64,000 bases of DNA from Lama glama (lineage: Eukaryota), in contig CM052817.1 of assembly GCA_028534125.1 (NCBI GenBank), positions 109,184,001-109,248,000 on the forward strand. Reading direction: 5' to 3'. The notes under the pieces were generated by a model, which saw only the letters and a list, made by a program, of their open reading frames with translations, was not told the DNA's origin and did no database searches. The translations under genes were made by a program, and so were the position numbers. Each line of letters opens with the position of its first letter. Position 1 is the first letter of the stretch. Positions 11,350-24,699 of the stretch are shown piece after piece.

Positions 11350-14300
11350 ACACACGCCGAGAGCCATACACGGTCTGGTCAAGTTGAAGGAAGACAGTTC
11401 CGATTCGCTCTCCCATCAGAGGCAACTAATCCACAGAACACGCCGGGTGAGATACTGAGCTCAGAGACTGACGTCGGGCAGCACAAGGGACTGGTCTCTG
11501 GAGGAAGGGACACAAACGCAGTAGCCCTGTGATTGCTCCTGGAAGGGAGGTGAGTCTTGGGATCTCCCTGAGGTGAGGAGACACGCTGTGTGTCTGGGAA
11601 TGGCTAGGAAACTCTGTTCTCTTGGAGGACCTGGAAGGAGAAAATCGCATGTAGAGAGAGAATTACAGAGACCGGAGGGGGCTCCTTCTCATTGTCAGCT
11701 GAGAACTGACCAGGTTACACGTGTGAGGGCCTTACTGGATACGGGGGCATAAGCACTTCTAAGTCTTAGGGCTCTCAAAGAGCTGCGGGTCGTTTGTGTT
11801 CTCAGCAACCGGAGTGGAGAGGCTTTCGAATTCACAGAATATATTACTTGGGAGAGGAGAGCCTGTCTTAGACTACAGGCTACTCTGGGCCCACCTAACA
11901 ACACTGAAAGCATAAAATAATTTTCTGCAATACAGAATGTATCTCCAGAGTGTCACTAGGAACACAACAATATCTAGCACAGAAAATGGTCTACTTAACA
12001 ACTTATGGCATCAAAAAAGTAGGAGACATACAAAGTAACAGGACAATAAGAGCCATAGCTAAGACAAAAATCAATCAATGAAAATAAACTGAGAACTGCC
12101 CAGATGATGGAATTCACAGATATGGACTCGTAATTCTATTTCATACATTCAGGAAGGTAGAGGGAACATGTACAATCTTAAAAACCCACAAAAAAAACCA
12201 CCCAAATAAAACTTCTAGAGAGGAAAAAAACAACATGAGAGATGAAAATACACTTGGTCTCAAATATATGTAATCACAGTCCCCAAAGGAAAGGGGAGGG
12301 GGGGTGGGGAGAGAAATAGGGACAGAACATTTTCAAAATGTAATGAAAACTATAAAAACACAGGTCTGAGAAGTTCAGAATACCAAGTACAAGAAACATG
12401 AAGAAAATCATCTCAAGGAACATCATAATCAAATGGCTTAAAACAGTCATTAAAAGAAAAACAAAAGCTTTCAGTGAAAAGAGGAAATTAAATCCAGAAG
12501 ACCAACGCACAGCAGCGTGTTCCATCGGAGGCCATGTTCAGAGCAGCAGCACGGTGTCTTCAGAGTCCACAGGGACAAAAGCCCCGAACTGTCAAGCTAG
12601 CTTTCCACATCCATCAGAAACACCTTTAGAAGACGAATGCCCCAGAGCTGACTTTTCTGGGTGTATAAAAGTCTAACAAATTTGTCACATTAGACATGCA
12701 CTATCACAAAGAGAAATGTTAAAGGAAGTCCTTCGGGCCAAAGGAAATGATATCAGATGGAATCTTGAGCCACACTGAGGAATGAAGAGCAGAGGAAATG
12801 GTTAATATGTGGATACAAATAAAACATTTTTCTTACGTCTAAGTCTCTTTAAGATACAGTTGACTGTTCAAAGCAAAAATAATAGTTATGCATTGGGAGC
12901 TTTATAACACATGCAGAAATAAAATGTATAACACTATTAGCCCAGAGTTGGGAGGAGAAATAGAAGGGTTTTTGTTTTTTTTTTTTTTTACAAGAGTTTA
13001 AGTGAAGGCAGACTGTGGTAAGTTAAGGGTGCACAGTATACAGGAGGGTTGGACAGGCTTTTGTAAAGGGCCACACTGCGCGTCTTCTAGGCTTTCTGGC
13101 TTGTGTCAGTTTCAAGTACTCCACTCTGCCACTGTAGCAAAGCCAGTACATAAATGTGTCTGGCCTCACAGGAACTTTCCTTACAAAAACAGAGTGAGTT
13201 AAATTAGGCCTGTGGGCTGTAGTTTGCTGACCTCTGATATAGACTCTAAAGCCCCTACTTTAAAAAAAAAAGAGTTATAGTTAAGAAGCCAACAAAGGTA
13301 ATTAAGTTAATAATAATAATAATAAAATCTATCAGTCCACAGGGACGCAGAAAGAAAGGAAAGGGAAACAGAGAACAATGTGACAAAGAGAAGCCAAATA
13401 ACAAAATGGTAGATTTAGACTGAAACTTGTCAATAATAGCATTACGTAGAATTGCCAGAGTGATTAAAATCTGAATTAAAAGGTAGAGATTTTCAAATGG
13501 CATAAAAAAGAAAAATGCAAGTAAACACTGCCAACAAGAACTCAATTCTAATACAAAGACACAGATAAGTTCAGAATAAAAGGATGAAAAATATATGTCC
13601 TGCTAATGTAAATCAAGGGAAAGCTATATATATATAGCCACTCCAGCTTTCCATACACACACACACACATACACAGATATCAAACAAAGATTTCAGTAAA
13701 AGAATTTTATCAGGAATACACTGGATCATTTGATAATCATAAAATTGTCAGTTCATCAAGAGGACATAATCTTAAATGTTTATGTGCCTAATATTAGAGC
13801 TTCAAAATACTTGAAGCAAAACTAGACAGAATAGAATGGACAAATAAAGAAACCGAAAATTTTAATCAGAGATAAAAACACCCCTTTTCTCAGTTAGTGA
13901 TGAAGCACATAGACAGAACACCAGTAAAGACTTAAACAATACTGTTGTCCAACTTGATCTACTTAGCATTTACAGAATTCTCCAACCAATAGTAGCAAAG
14001 GCACATTCTTCTCAAGTATACGTGGATTAATATCAATATAGATTTTATATTCTGGAACATAAAACTAGTATCAGTAAATTCTGAAAGATTCTAATCTTAA
14101 GTAATACATGTGATCATCTTAATAAAATGTGGGGGGAAACCAAATATATCATCCATCTGTGTCTCAAAGCTTTCAGAAAACTAGTAGTAGAAGGAAAGTC
14201 CTACATTTGGTAAAAGGAAGCTATGACGATCTTACAGGTCACATGACACACGGTTGTTAAAGACAATACTTCTCACCCTGTGATCAAGAAGAAGGTAATA

Positions 14301-15590
14301 ATGTGCTCTCTTACAGACTGTACTCAACACTGTACTGAAGTTCTAGCCAATGCCTTAAGGCTAGAAAATAATTAATAGCCATCCAGATTGGAAAGAAGAA
14401 AGTACATTGTCTTTATTCATAGGAGACGTCATCATCTACATAGAATATCCTACAGAATCTACAAAAAAGCTACTAGAACTAATGAATCGGTTTATAGTAA
14501 GGTTTGCAGAATGCAAGTTTGCTGGACACAAGTCACTATGTAATCATCAATTGCATTACTACAGAGTAGCGATGATATTTATTAAAGTTAAATAAAAAAC
14601 AGCAGTGCTATTTACAGTAGCACCCAAAATATAAATAATTTAGGGATAACTTTAAGAAAAGATGTAGAAGAACTAAACACTAAAACTAAAAAAATATTGC
14701 TGAAGAAAATTAAAGGTGTAAACTAATGGAGAGATACTGTGTGGACTTGAGACTGAAAAATCAGTATCATTAACATGTCAATTTTCCCCAGTTTTATCTG
14801 TAGGTTCATTATGATCCCAATCAAAATTATAGCAGGTTTTTTAAAAAAATAGAAATGGATAATCTGATTCTAAAGTTTATACAAATATGCAATGTGATTC
14901 CAAGGCTTATAAGTGTACAAGGATTAGGACCCCCTGTGGTTTCAATGCAAGGAGAGATAAGGAGACCAATGGAACAAAATAGAGGGACAACAGATCCATC
15001 TAAATGTAAGAAATTAAAACTGTATAACTTCTAGATACTACATGAGGAAAAAAACTTTGAGTTCTGAGTTTGGCAATGATTTCTTTAAAAACACACAAAC
15101 CCCACAAAGTATAAAAAAGGAAACAAAAATAGTAAGATTCTCAAAGTCATCAGTAAATGCAAAATAAAATCATACTGATTCTACCACTGCATGTAAGATA
15201 TAACATCTAAAATGGAAGACTTGCTACACCAAGTGTTGGTGAGGATGTGGAGTCATTGGAGCTGCCGTAGTTGCTGGTGGAAACACAAAATGGTGTGATT
15301 ACTTTCTTACATAATTTAGACATTTCTTACAAAGTAAAATATCATTCAACACCTAGAAATGAAGCAATTCTCACAAAGACGTCTATGTCTTTGTTTGCAA
15401 TAGCCCTCAAATAGAATCAACTCAAGTGGCCATCAAGTAGTGACTAGTAAAAGGAATTGTAGCTTACCTGCAGAATGGAATATTATTCTGTAATACAAAG
15501 CTATAAGCTGTCATTACATATTTTGTGATCTATATAACCAAAAAGCCAAGTAGCAACGTATACTCTGGTTTCTATTTATACAGGCTAGGT
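11350..15590 (+). mobile_element. Ancient L1M element, internally deleted (5' region, ORF1, endonuclease, RT and C-terminal ORF2 remnants)
   Basis: A-rich + strand. The ORF 12398-12676 begins with ORF1-like RNIIIKWLKT. The ORF 14407-14595 (LSLFIGDVIIYIEYPTESTKKLLELMNRF) is a decayed L1 RT SLFADDMIVY motif. Many stops and frameshifts. Confidence 0.9.
13041..13236. mobile_element. MER58A-like hAT-Charlie element nested in the L1
   Basis: ttttgtaaagggcca...ctccactctgccactgtagc...tacaaaaacag...ggcctgtgggctgtagtttgctgacctctg. Confidence 0.8.
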
Positions 15591-16029
15591 GAGTTAGTCT
15601 TATAAGTGAAGAACTGATAATAATTTTTTTAAATGACTTGCTTTAAATAATATAGTTACTACAATAATATAGTTCTTACTTGCTTTAAATCAAGATTTTG
15701 AGATTTGAACCCAACGTCCCCAAGACTGTATCCACATTATCCTAGTCACTATAATGTCTCCTGATTATGTCCGAATTTCCGTTGCTTTTGTTACAGCAAA
15801 TAAATTTTCTGTCATGCAACCAGACAGGCCAAGCCTCTTTATTATATGAGTTTCTTAACGACTGAAAAAGTTCGTTAGTGTGACTAGTTTGTAATTTTGG
15901 TAAGCTTGAGCAAGTTGTACACTTTGAGAATTGTTTTCACTCTCTATTTGTAGACTGACAGATAGAGACAGACATGCAAGGACCTAAAGTAACTGAAACA
16001 AGCTGGAAAAAAAGGTTTTTGGGGAAAAA

Positions 16030-16292
16030 ATGATGATGGATACGTGTCATTCGACATTTGTCCAAACCCACAGAATGCACACCACCAAAAGGGAGCCTAG
16101 TGCGAACTGTGGGCTTTAGGGATACTGATGTGTCCATATACGTTCATCAGCTGTAACAAAGGTACCACTGCTGGAAGATGTTGATAATAAAAATTTATGC
16201 ATGTGTGAGGGGGAGAGGTAGATGGGAAATCTCTGCACTTTACTCATTTTTACTGTGAATCTAAAATGGTTCTAAAACAGAAAGTCTCAAAA
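16030..16292 (+). mobile_element. L1MC-type 3' UTR fragment
   Basis: gatggatacgtgtcatt...tttgtccaaacccacagaatg...tgtaacaaaggtaccac...gggaaatctctgcac...ctgtgaatctaaaa. Similar to 37160-37415. Confidence 0.85.
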
Positions 16293-17832
16293 AATACCAT
16301 GCACACACACCAACACATATATGCCTTTTGCAGCATAGTTTAATGGTCTAAAGCAGATAAGCTGAATATTCATACTTACCTTTGTAGCTCTTATAATAAT
16401 CAATTTGAAATCTTCAGAGAAATTACAGATTCTGAGCTTATTAACATTCAATTTTAGAAAATAAACTCCTACCATAATCATTATTGTAATCTGTAAAACC
16501 CATGTTTTTTAATAAGGGATTTGAGAGAGCTTATAAAAAAGGACATATCCATAGTGAGATGACTAAAATAAAGATAATGATGACTTGAAAAAATACGATG
16601 TTGAAATCCATGCCAACAGAGTGACAGGCATCCATCTGGGGACCTCACAGCCCAGAGTCGGGGGTGGGAGACAGAACCCAGCAGGGAGACACATCAGGCT
16701 GGTTCCCTGAGGCATGTCTCAGAGGAGCCATTTCCAGAGACACAATCTTGAAATAAATCCCGTGCCAAGGACTGAAAGGAAAGTTTACAGTGACAAACGA
16801 AGCGGAAGATGATGATCTTGAAAAATCATGCCTTCATGATGCCAAAAAAGGCAGGAGGCCAACAATTAGAAGCAAGAGGTGAGTTCAGAACAATGAGAAA
16901 CACTGACCTAAAAACATGGTTCTGCACCAAGAGCCACTTTGGGATAAATCTCACAAACGCCGAGTTCTCGCGGTGGCGGACCTCTGTAGGACGAACTATT
17001 CATTCCTGCCCTTTTAGGTGAAATTCTTAAGATGGTAACCAAGACCACTCTGGATATAGTAAACCACTTAATACAGTTCTAAATCAAGGGGAAAGTGGCA
17101 ACTCAATGTGTTATTTAATTTGTGTTGCTTATCTCCTCTGCAGGCTACGAAAACAGATTTTCCAGCCTCTAAATAGCATTAACCAGATGGAATCTTATGT
17201 AAAGGACATGAATATTGGACAAGGCTTTTTTGAAAGGAGATATAGACCTGTATTTCTGTGGCAAACAGTTCTTTTTCATACTTTTTAATCCTACATATTT
17301 ATCCAGACTAAAAATTTGGACCAGTGTTGGTGTTCAAAATCTTTAAAATATTAAGGTTCAGAAATCACCTACTCTCTTTCAGGCTCATGTACAAATGCGT
17401 CTATTCTGGGTGTCAGTGATGTAACCCACGTCCATTGGTAACAGCTATTCAATCTGATGGAATAAATGACCTGTAAATATTGTGAAGAGGCCCTAAATCT
17501 TAGTCCTGGATACAAGTTTTCAAGAGATTTAATTTTTCTAGCATTTCTGTAAGTTAACTTAATTTCTTCTTTGAGTACTCATCCTACTATAACGAAAGAC
17601 ACTGAATCCCAGAGAACTGAGACTCTGTGCTTTACTTTCTCCAGGACCTAACCCTGAAGGAAGTGTCAATCACTGCCCTACACATGCTGATAACATATTC
17701 CATCCCTGCTCGGCCAAATCCAGCCACCAGACCACCATCAGAGTCCAATAAATCTAAATATTTCTTCTAAGATTTAAAAAGCAGCAATAATATCTACAGC
17801 CCAGATGTTTCCAAATTCCTCCTGTCTTTTAG

Positions 17833-17836
<4 letters not shown>

Positions 17837-17874
<38 letters not shown>
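17837..17874. repeat. (CA)19 microsatellite
   Basis: Perfect dinucleotide repeat read directly. Confidence 0.98.
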
Positions 17875-17877
<3 letters not shown>

Positions 17878-20039
17878 AGGCGGGAAGGAGTTGGAGCCTT
17901 CCTTCCATATGTAGTGGGAAGCCCTGCACCTTTCCCTTTTCACAGTATCTTCAAGAATTAACTCATCAATTAGTTTATTATTTTTTTGCCTGAGTATTAT
18001 ATTTCTGCAGCTCACTTATCACTCCAGTTTCCTGCCTTCATCAATTTTTCAACTACTAGTGACAAAATGCTCACCACACAGCACAAACTAAATGCTTACT
18101 TGTTCTCATCTGTTAAGCAACAGATTTACTTTTAGCTGTTCGACTATTAGTAGATCACGGTAGAGCAAGTGTTTCTGTGATTCCATTTATGCACAAATGG
18201 AGGAGGCTACTAGCAGCTCCCCCCCCTTCACGGCTGCACACGACTCTGCACGTGCAGAGTCAGCAGCGCGTCTGCCCACAGCCATTTGCCACGAGGCGTT
18301 TCCTGCTGCAGCGCACCCTCGGAGGAGGAATCCCAGGTCTGCAGTTTTTTGAACTATATAAATTCACACACAGAAAAATCCATTTAAATAAAACAAATCT
18401 TGACAACAGGGATTGAGAAAAGTATGCATCTTAAACCTGAATTTGGTTTCTATACTTGAGATGGTTGGAAATTATATTGTAAGGATGGGAAATGATAATA
18501 TTCTTTCACATGGACCTTCTTGATTGGGAAAAAGTGATTGTTCCCTGGTTCATAAACAATTATTTGCTTGTATATTGTGAGGGGAAAAAAAACTACCATA
18601 GAGTTGGTACAAGAATCTCTATGGGTGTGGCTGTCATTGGATCTTTTCCTTCCTTTTATCCATTAGATGTAGGCTGGTTTTAAAAGCTTCCTATCTTATT
18701 CCATGAAACCCGAATTTTCTTCTGCGAACTAATCTTAAGTTCAATACATGCGAGTAACTCTTGCACGTGGCCGGGCTGCCCGTTACCCGGCTTGCAAGGC
18801 CAACCAACACATCCTGGATACTCACCAGTCCAAGCCTGAATTTTTAGAAAAATATGTTGTTGGGGTTTTGTTGTTGTTGTTATTACAGATTAGTTAAAAG
18901 CTCTTCACTGGAGAAAATCATCCCATCTCGAGTTGGGTTCTGACTCATGGTGGACACCAGGCGGACAGCTGAGGCAGCACACCCACCCCTGCCCCCCAAA
19001 CCCTTGCTCCAGAGACATAGACCAGCCAGCTTATGTCCAAAAGGGGCCTCCCTGCTCCTCTGTGAAAGCAGCAAAATGGACAATGCTCAGTGGAGAGAAG
19101 TATTTCTACCCCAAACCAACTTAACTCTGGAAGAAAGAAAAATTATCTCTATCTAGGGCTTTCTGGAAACACGCATTTCATTCTAGCAGCAAATATCCAG
19201 TCCGTTTTCCTTTACTCAGTTTGCTAGAAGACTACATTGGACAAGAATGTTTATTCATTTTACTCAAGTAAGGACACTGTAGTTACTCAAAATGGACCTA
19301 TTGTTACACGGAAATGGAAATCCTAGACATCTTTGCCCTGTAAAAATGCAGAACAGCCAGGAGAGGAGAAGAGATTCATAGAAGAGATTTAAGAGATTGA
19401 AAAAGGCCAGCAAACGTTAAATAAATAAATGAATATATACACGTACATTCTGAGAAGACAATCAGCCATACAGCCTTGGAATGAAAAAGCCAAGAAAATT
19501 CTGACAGTTCGACCTTATTAAAAAGGAACCCAGCTCTAAGGAGAGTTGTGTTTTGCCCTGAGGTCCTTGTGCTGTTTTTGAGTCAAACTAAGAATCATCA
19601 TCTCCTCTGAAACCTCAGGGGGCTTGGTGACACGAGATGCGCCCAGTCTGCCCCAGATGATTAAGGAGTAGCACCCGGTGTGCCATCTGGAAGAACTCAC
19701 CGTCATACAGCCTGCTAAGCCACATAACACAGAACAATGGAAAAATACCCCTCAACTTTAGTATATGGCAAAATCAGTCAGTAAACTGGACCCGTCCTCA
19801 TGGCTGAGACGGTTTTCACGAGTGGAACCAAGATCAGATGGCTCTGCGTCCAATGTTAAAGTTTAGAGCAGTGCTGGTGCTGTTTGGCTGAAGACGCTTT
19901 CCTTCTCATCTTCATTCGTTCACAAGGCCAGAGCTTTGTTTCTGCGCATAGACCAAGGGTCATGAACTCGAATCCTAGCAGATGTTAGCAGGTAGCAGAC
20001 TACGTTGAATTTGAGAGGCCGCAACACACTTGAACATGC

Positions 20040-20560
20040 TCTAATTAAAAATGGACAAACAAAAACAAGCCCCCGAATGCAAACAATCCAACCAAGCCCC
20101 CATCTGCGCTTCAAACAGTGGGCACCTGCCCACAGCTACACGTGGCTCAGAAAGGCACCAGGTGGCCCCTGGGCGTGATCGGCCAGCAACCCCCCTCCCG
20201 CCCCAGGACTGCAGAGTCATGGCGCCTGTCAGAGCTTCGTGCCCAGAGAGCAAACGGTGCACTTTGTTCCAAAGAGAATTAATAAAATCCCCCAAAGTGA
20301 GGTTAAAATTTAATGACGTTCCGAAATCTCTCCTACTGAATATGGTGAAGTTTGAACAGGGCCACGTCGTCAGCTTAGTCTCTCTTATTTGCATCGAGTC
20401 CCTTCGGGCTTCTGCTGTGAGCCCCTGTCAATGCCTGAGTAGCTCTAAATGGAGAGGAAGTGCCAACTGGCCACTTAAACCTGAAAAAATGCAAATAATC
20501 CCAACAGCAGCATGCCGACCGCCGTGGGCGCGCTGACTGCAGGCGTTGATTGGCCACGAA
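20040..20560. promoter_or_regulatory. Candidate enhancer: octamer/SOX/HOX motif cluster in CpG-retaining unique sequence
   Basis: ATTTGCAT 20387-20394, ATGCAAAT 20489-20496, ATGCAAACAAT 20077-20087, CTTTGTT 20262-20268, TAATAAAA near 20280, ATTGG near 20550. Motif evidence only. Confidence 0.35.
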
Positions 20561-21458
20561 TCTCCGCCTTCTGAAGGAACCCAGGTAAATTCAGCCACTG
20601 TGGGGTTTCAGTAAGAACCCTTTCTAGTCCCCCCGGTGGACCATCCAGCTTGCCTGCATGCCGTGGCCTGCCGTCCAGGCGGACAGTGAACTTGGTTTGG
20701 AAGTTGTGCTGGAAATGCTCCGTTTGCCCCTTGAGACCATGCTCTGTGGTCCCCGGTCTTCTCTGATGCATCGGTTTCCCTTGTCCGGTTTCTGGTGGGT
20801 TCATCAATGGGGGGCAGTGAGGCTAGATCAGAGGATGGGGAAGCGTGAAGTCCTGGTGTAGGTCTCCCTGGGTCCTCGGTCAGTGTGGCCGTGAGTGGGC
20901 TCCATCCCTCAACCGAAGACACACTCCTGTCCAGGGACCTTCCTTCTCCGCACAGCTCTCTCGCTCTCTGGGCCCCAGGGACGGCCCCCTCTCCTTGCCC
21001 TTCCAGGGTGAGAGTAACAGGGCTCCCGCTGTCATTCCCATGCTGGAGAGGTCATCGTGCCCGTTGTCTTCCTAAGAACTGCCCACATCTTTTGAGATAG
21101 CCCTAGGAAGCACTTGCTCCTCCATTAGGCAGCTTGAGGTCGCCGTCTGTTTCCAGCTGGGAGTCTGACTGACACACATGCAGAGGGAGGGACGAGGCAT
21201 TTGGGTTCATGAGCAGGGAGACAGGAGGCCTGAGGCCATTTACAAGCCATTTTGTGTGTGGATCTGGGTGACCTGAGATGTGGCACACAGTTGTGTGCGT
21301 GGATGAGGTCACATATCACCAAAAAGAAAAAACTGCTTTAAAAGAGCCCTAATAATTCTCTGAAAATTTTAGTTAAATTTGAATGAATAGCAATCTAAAA
21401 TCACACAGTGAAGTACAGCCTGATTTGATTACTAAGACAGTGAAACTTAACAATATTC

Positions 21459-21615
21459 CTTTTTTTAATTACAAAAATTTTTTTACTTATTTCTTTGAGG
21501 GAAGTAATTAGATTTGTTTATCTCTTTTAATTTCCTTTTTAATGGAGGCACTGAGGATTGAACCCAGGACCTCATGCAATGCAGTGCTTTACCACTGAGC
21601 TACACCCTGCCCCTC
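21459..21615 (-). mobile_element. tRNA-derived SINE, camelid Vic-1 type
   Basis: aatggaggcactgaggattgaacccaggacctc...taccactgagctacaccc. Imperfect TSD cttaacaatattc (21446-21458) / cttaaagatattc (21616-21628). Confidence 0.9.
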
Positions 21616-23082
21616 CTTAAAGATATTCTTAAAGTTAAATCTTTAGTCAAAGACTTAAACTAAATCTGAGTTGAGAATGCTTTCTCATGTATATTATCTA
21701 ATATAACACTGAGTAAAGAATTACCAGAGAAAGACAGTGAGACTGCAGGTAACTATGGAAAAGAAGAGGGTCCTGGAACAAAAAAAAAGCTGACATAGAA
21801 TTAGTCACGAAGTTATAAATTGCTACAGCTTTCCTGCTGAACATGATTTTGCTAAACCTTCTAACAGAAACAAAGCCTTAACAAAATGCCTTTTTGAAGA
21901 GTTTATATAGGAGTCAGTGTAGTTCTGAGGGGGTGAACAGAAATAATGAAAGTGTAGATTTTCTATAAAACGAAGTCCATGCGTATTAGGGGAATTGCGA
22001 AGTGAAGATTCCGAGATGACAGCATTAAGCCACCTCTGCCCAGGACGGGTCTAAATTGTGCATAGGCTGTGAAGGCTGCTGACTGGTCATGTCTGCAGGA
22101 TGGGCTTGGAGTCCATGGTGCTGTCTGTGCATTTCCAGGGTGACATCTCTGGTTGGGTCCTCGCATCGGTTGGCTTTGCATCTCTTCCAGATGAGCAGCC
22201 TCACCTCATCAGAGATACAATGGTACAGAGCAGAGCTTCCGACCACTGCTCTAAGTAGCAGAAGTGTTTTCCTGACAACATATTCTCAAGGATCAGAGGA
22301 CTGACCAGATGTCCGCATGTCACTGACTTCATGTTTCATTCATGTGTCATTAATTCAGAAAACAGTGTCGTGTCCAAACACGCAACATTTAGAAAACCAA
22401 AAATGCACTCGGGAAGATGAAAAGGCCTTACCAGGGTGACCAGCTGGGCTCCTTCCCTGCTCCAGATGTGGTTCTCTTATGATTGCATTGGCCTTCGGGG
22501 GAGAATTTTCACAGGGGTGTGAACTCTGATTACTTAACATTACCAGTAAGGGCCCTTTTGACAAAGCGATCTGCTCCTTCGTGCTTCCCACAGAGGCGGC
22601 TTTGTGTGTGGCTTACCAGCGTCTCCCGGGATTTCTCCATCTGGATGCGGTAAATCAGCAGGAAACCTTTCCTCACATTTGCATCTGCCATGAAGAGATA
22701 AGGAGAACACACTTTACTTCTCTGTGGCAAAAGTATATTCCCAGGAAATGGTGGAGAGTTCTTTCCCAGCGCTTTCTGGGAAATGGACCATTATGTTTCA
22801 GGGGGAAAACTCGTCTGGGCTTCTTAAATCCAAACAGAAGAACATAGATATGTTATGATGCCTGGAGTTGCTTGCCTGGCACTCCCAACTCAGCCTTCTT
22901 CACATTTTAGGGTCTGAAGCCATAAAAGTGAAGCAATTCCTCTGGTGGTATCAACAGCCACTCTTGTTCACTTACTTCTGTCTAAGGCTGCTTTTCCTCT
23001 GCAACAGGGTTGCTTGGGACAGAAACTCCTGGCAAGAAAATCCTTAATTATTATCTGGTTTTAGTTTGCTGACCTCTGACTT

Positions 23083-23410
23083 ACTTATTTTTATTTTTAT
23101 TTTTTTAATTGAAGTGTAGTTGGTTTACAATGTTGTGTTAATTTCTGGTGTACAGCATAGTGATTCAGTTATACATATATGTATATATGCCTATTCTTTT
23201 CCATTATAAGTTATTGCAAGCTATTGAATATAGTTCCCTGTGCTACACAGTAGGGCCTTGTTGTTTATCTGCTTTATATACAGTAGTGTGTATCTGCAAA
23301 TCCCGAACTCCTAATTTATCCCCCCACCCGCTTCCTCCCTAGTAACCATGTTTGTTTTATGTGTCTGCAAGTCTGTTTCTGTTTTGTCAGTTCTTCTGTG
23401 TCCCTTTTTA
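23083..23410 (-). mobile_element. Cetartiodactyl/camelid L1 3' end (5'-truncated)
   Basis: T-rich tail, then aattgaagtgtagttggtttacaatg...gaatatagttccctgtgct. Same family as the copies at 25170, 40059 and 57955. Confidence 0.9.
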
Positions 23411-24221
23411 TGAGGACCCCCAATTTAGATCAAAGTAATGGGCATAAATTCCAGCAGTTATCCAAATATGTGGATTCCCTGCTATGTGAAGAGGGTGGAA
23501 GGGATCTGGAGGAGAGAGAGGGGCTTGAAGCATCCTTGCCACCTCATCATGGCTGCCTGGGCCCCACTGTCTCTCTGACAAACCTGAGTTTTTTCAACTC
23601 TCCAGTGATCTGTGGACTTCGACTGAAATTGAGATACACCAGAATTCTAAAGTCAATGACCCCCTGAAAGTCCCATCTTGACTTATTCTATTACTCAGAA
23701 TCATCAATTTCCATAGTATTACTGGGCACGTTTTACATATTATGATATGCTGGGTTATTCACATACGTCCTCAGTGACCTCTTTCTATTTAAAAAACAGT
23801 TCCCTTGACGTTCTCTGAAAGGTATTCAGGCACTATTATACTCTACTTATACTTCAATAACTTTCTTGAAGGAAGATATAATTTTCCTTAACATTTAGAC
23901 TAATGTAAAATGAGTCTACCTTATTTAGCAACAGCATTGTTACCCTAATTGCATTATAGCTAATGGTAGAGAAGGCAGATGAAGATGACAGATTCATCAC
24001 TACGCTTAGCAAAACGTGTGATACCAGCACTTTGAGGGGACCGCGTTTAGGTGCTATTTTAAATAACACTTAATTGAATATATTCAAAGATCTTCTCTTA
24101 ACAGACATTAGAGTCAACCTAAATAGAGGCAAGTCTTTGGATAATTCATGTGAAAAATTACCTTTCCTTAATTCTCTAGCTGTTTATTAGGTGAGATTTT
24201 ACATGTGTGATGTGTGGTAGG

Positions 24222-24280
24222 CTAGATCAGATGGACAGGTGGACGGATAGACAGGTAGATAAATAGATAGGTAGACAGAA
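24222..24280. repeat. Degenerate (GATA/GACA/GGTA)n tetranucleotide tract
   Basis: tagatcagatggacaggtggacggatagacaggtagataaatagataggtagacag. Confidence 0.6.
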
Positions 24281-24699
24281 TGCAGTATTCTGCCTGGAGG
24301 CTGGCCTAGCGAGAGGCCTTCAATAAGTGTTATTGTCCTTTTGCTGAACATTCTTTTCCTTCTCATTAACAATTATCAGAGGTCGAGAAGACCTTCAGAA
24401 AATTCACATCAATAGAATGCATGGAAATAGCCACGCTGGGTAATGGTGACACGGGTGTTTTCATGATAGATCTGAATTATACAGGTACATTTTTATTTGA
24501 AACATCAGCCAGACACCTGAGTGCTTCCTCTGGAAGTCTGTAAATACGGGCTCAAGAGTGGTATTTTAGGAGCAAGTAAACCTGGGAGGATTGTTGCCCC
24601 ACCACCTTACATGCTGTTCCTCCTGCCATTAGACTGTTGAAGGGTATGTCTCACATCAGATGCAGAGTCTGGTCAGGGGGCTCTGGGAGTTGCAGCGGT

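Noticed and set aside
14407..14595. Reverse-transcriptase-like peptide
   Set aside because: A decayed L1 ORF2 remnant with the catalytic motif mutated, not a functional gene.
18820..18840. Strong minus-strand donor CTG|GTGAGT
   Set aside because: No convincing partner acceptor or exon body. This hexamer occurs often by chance in 64 kb.
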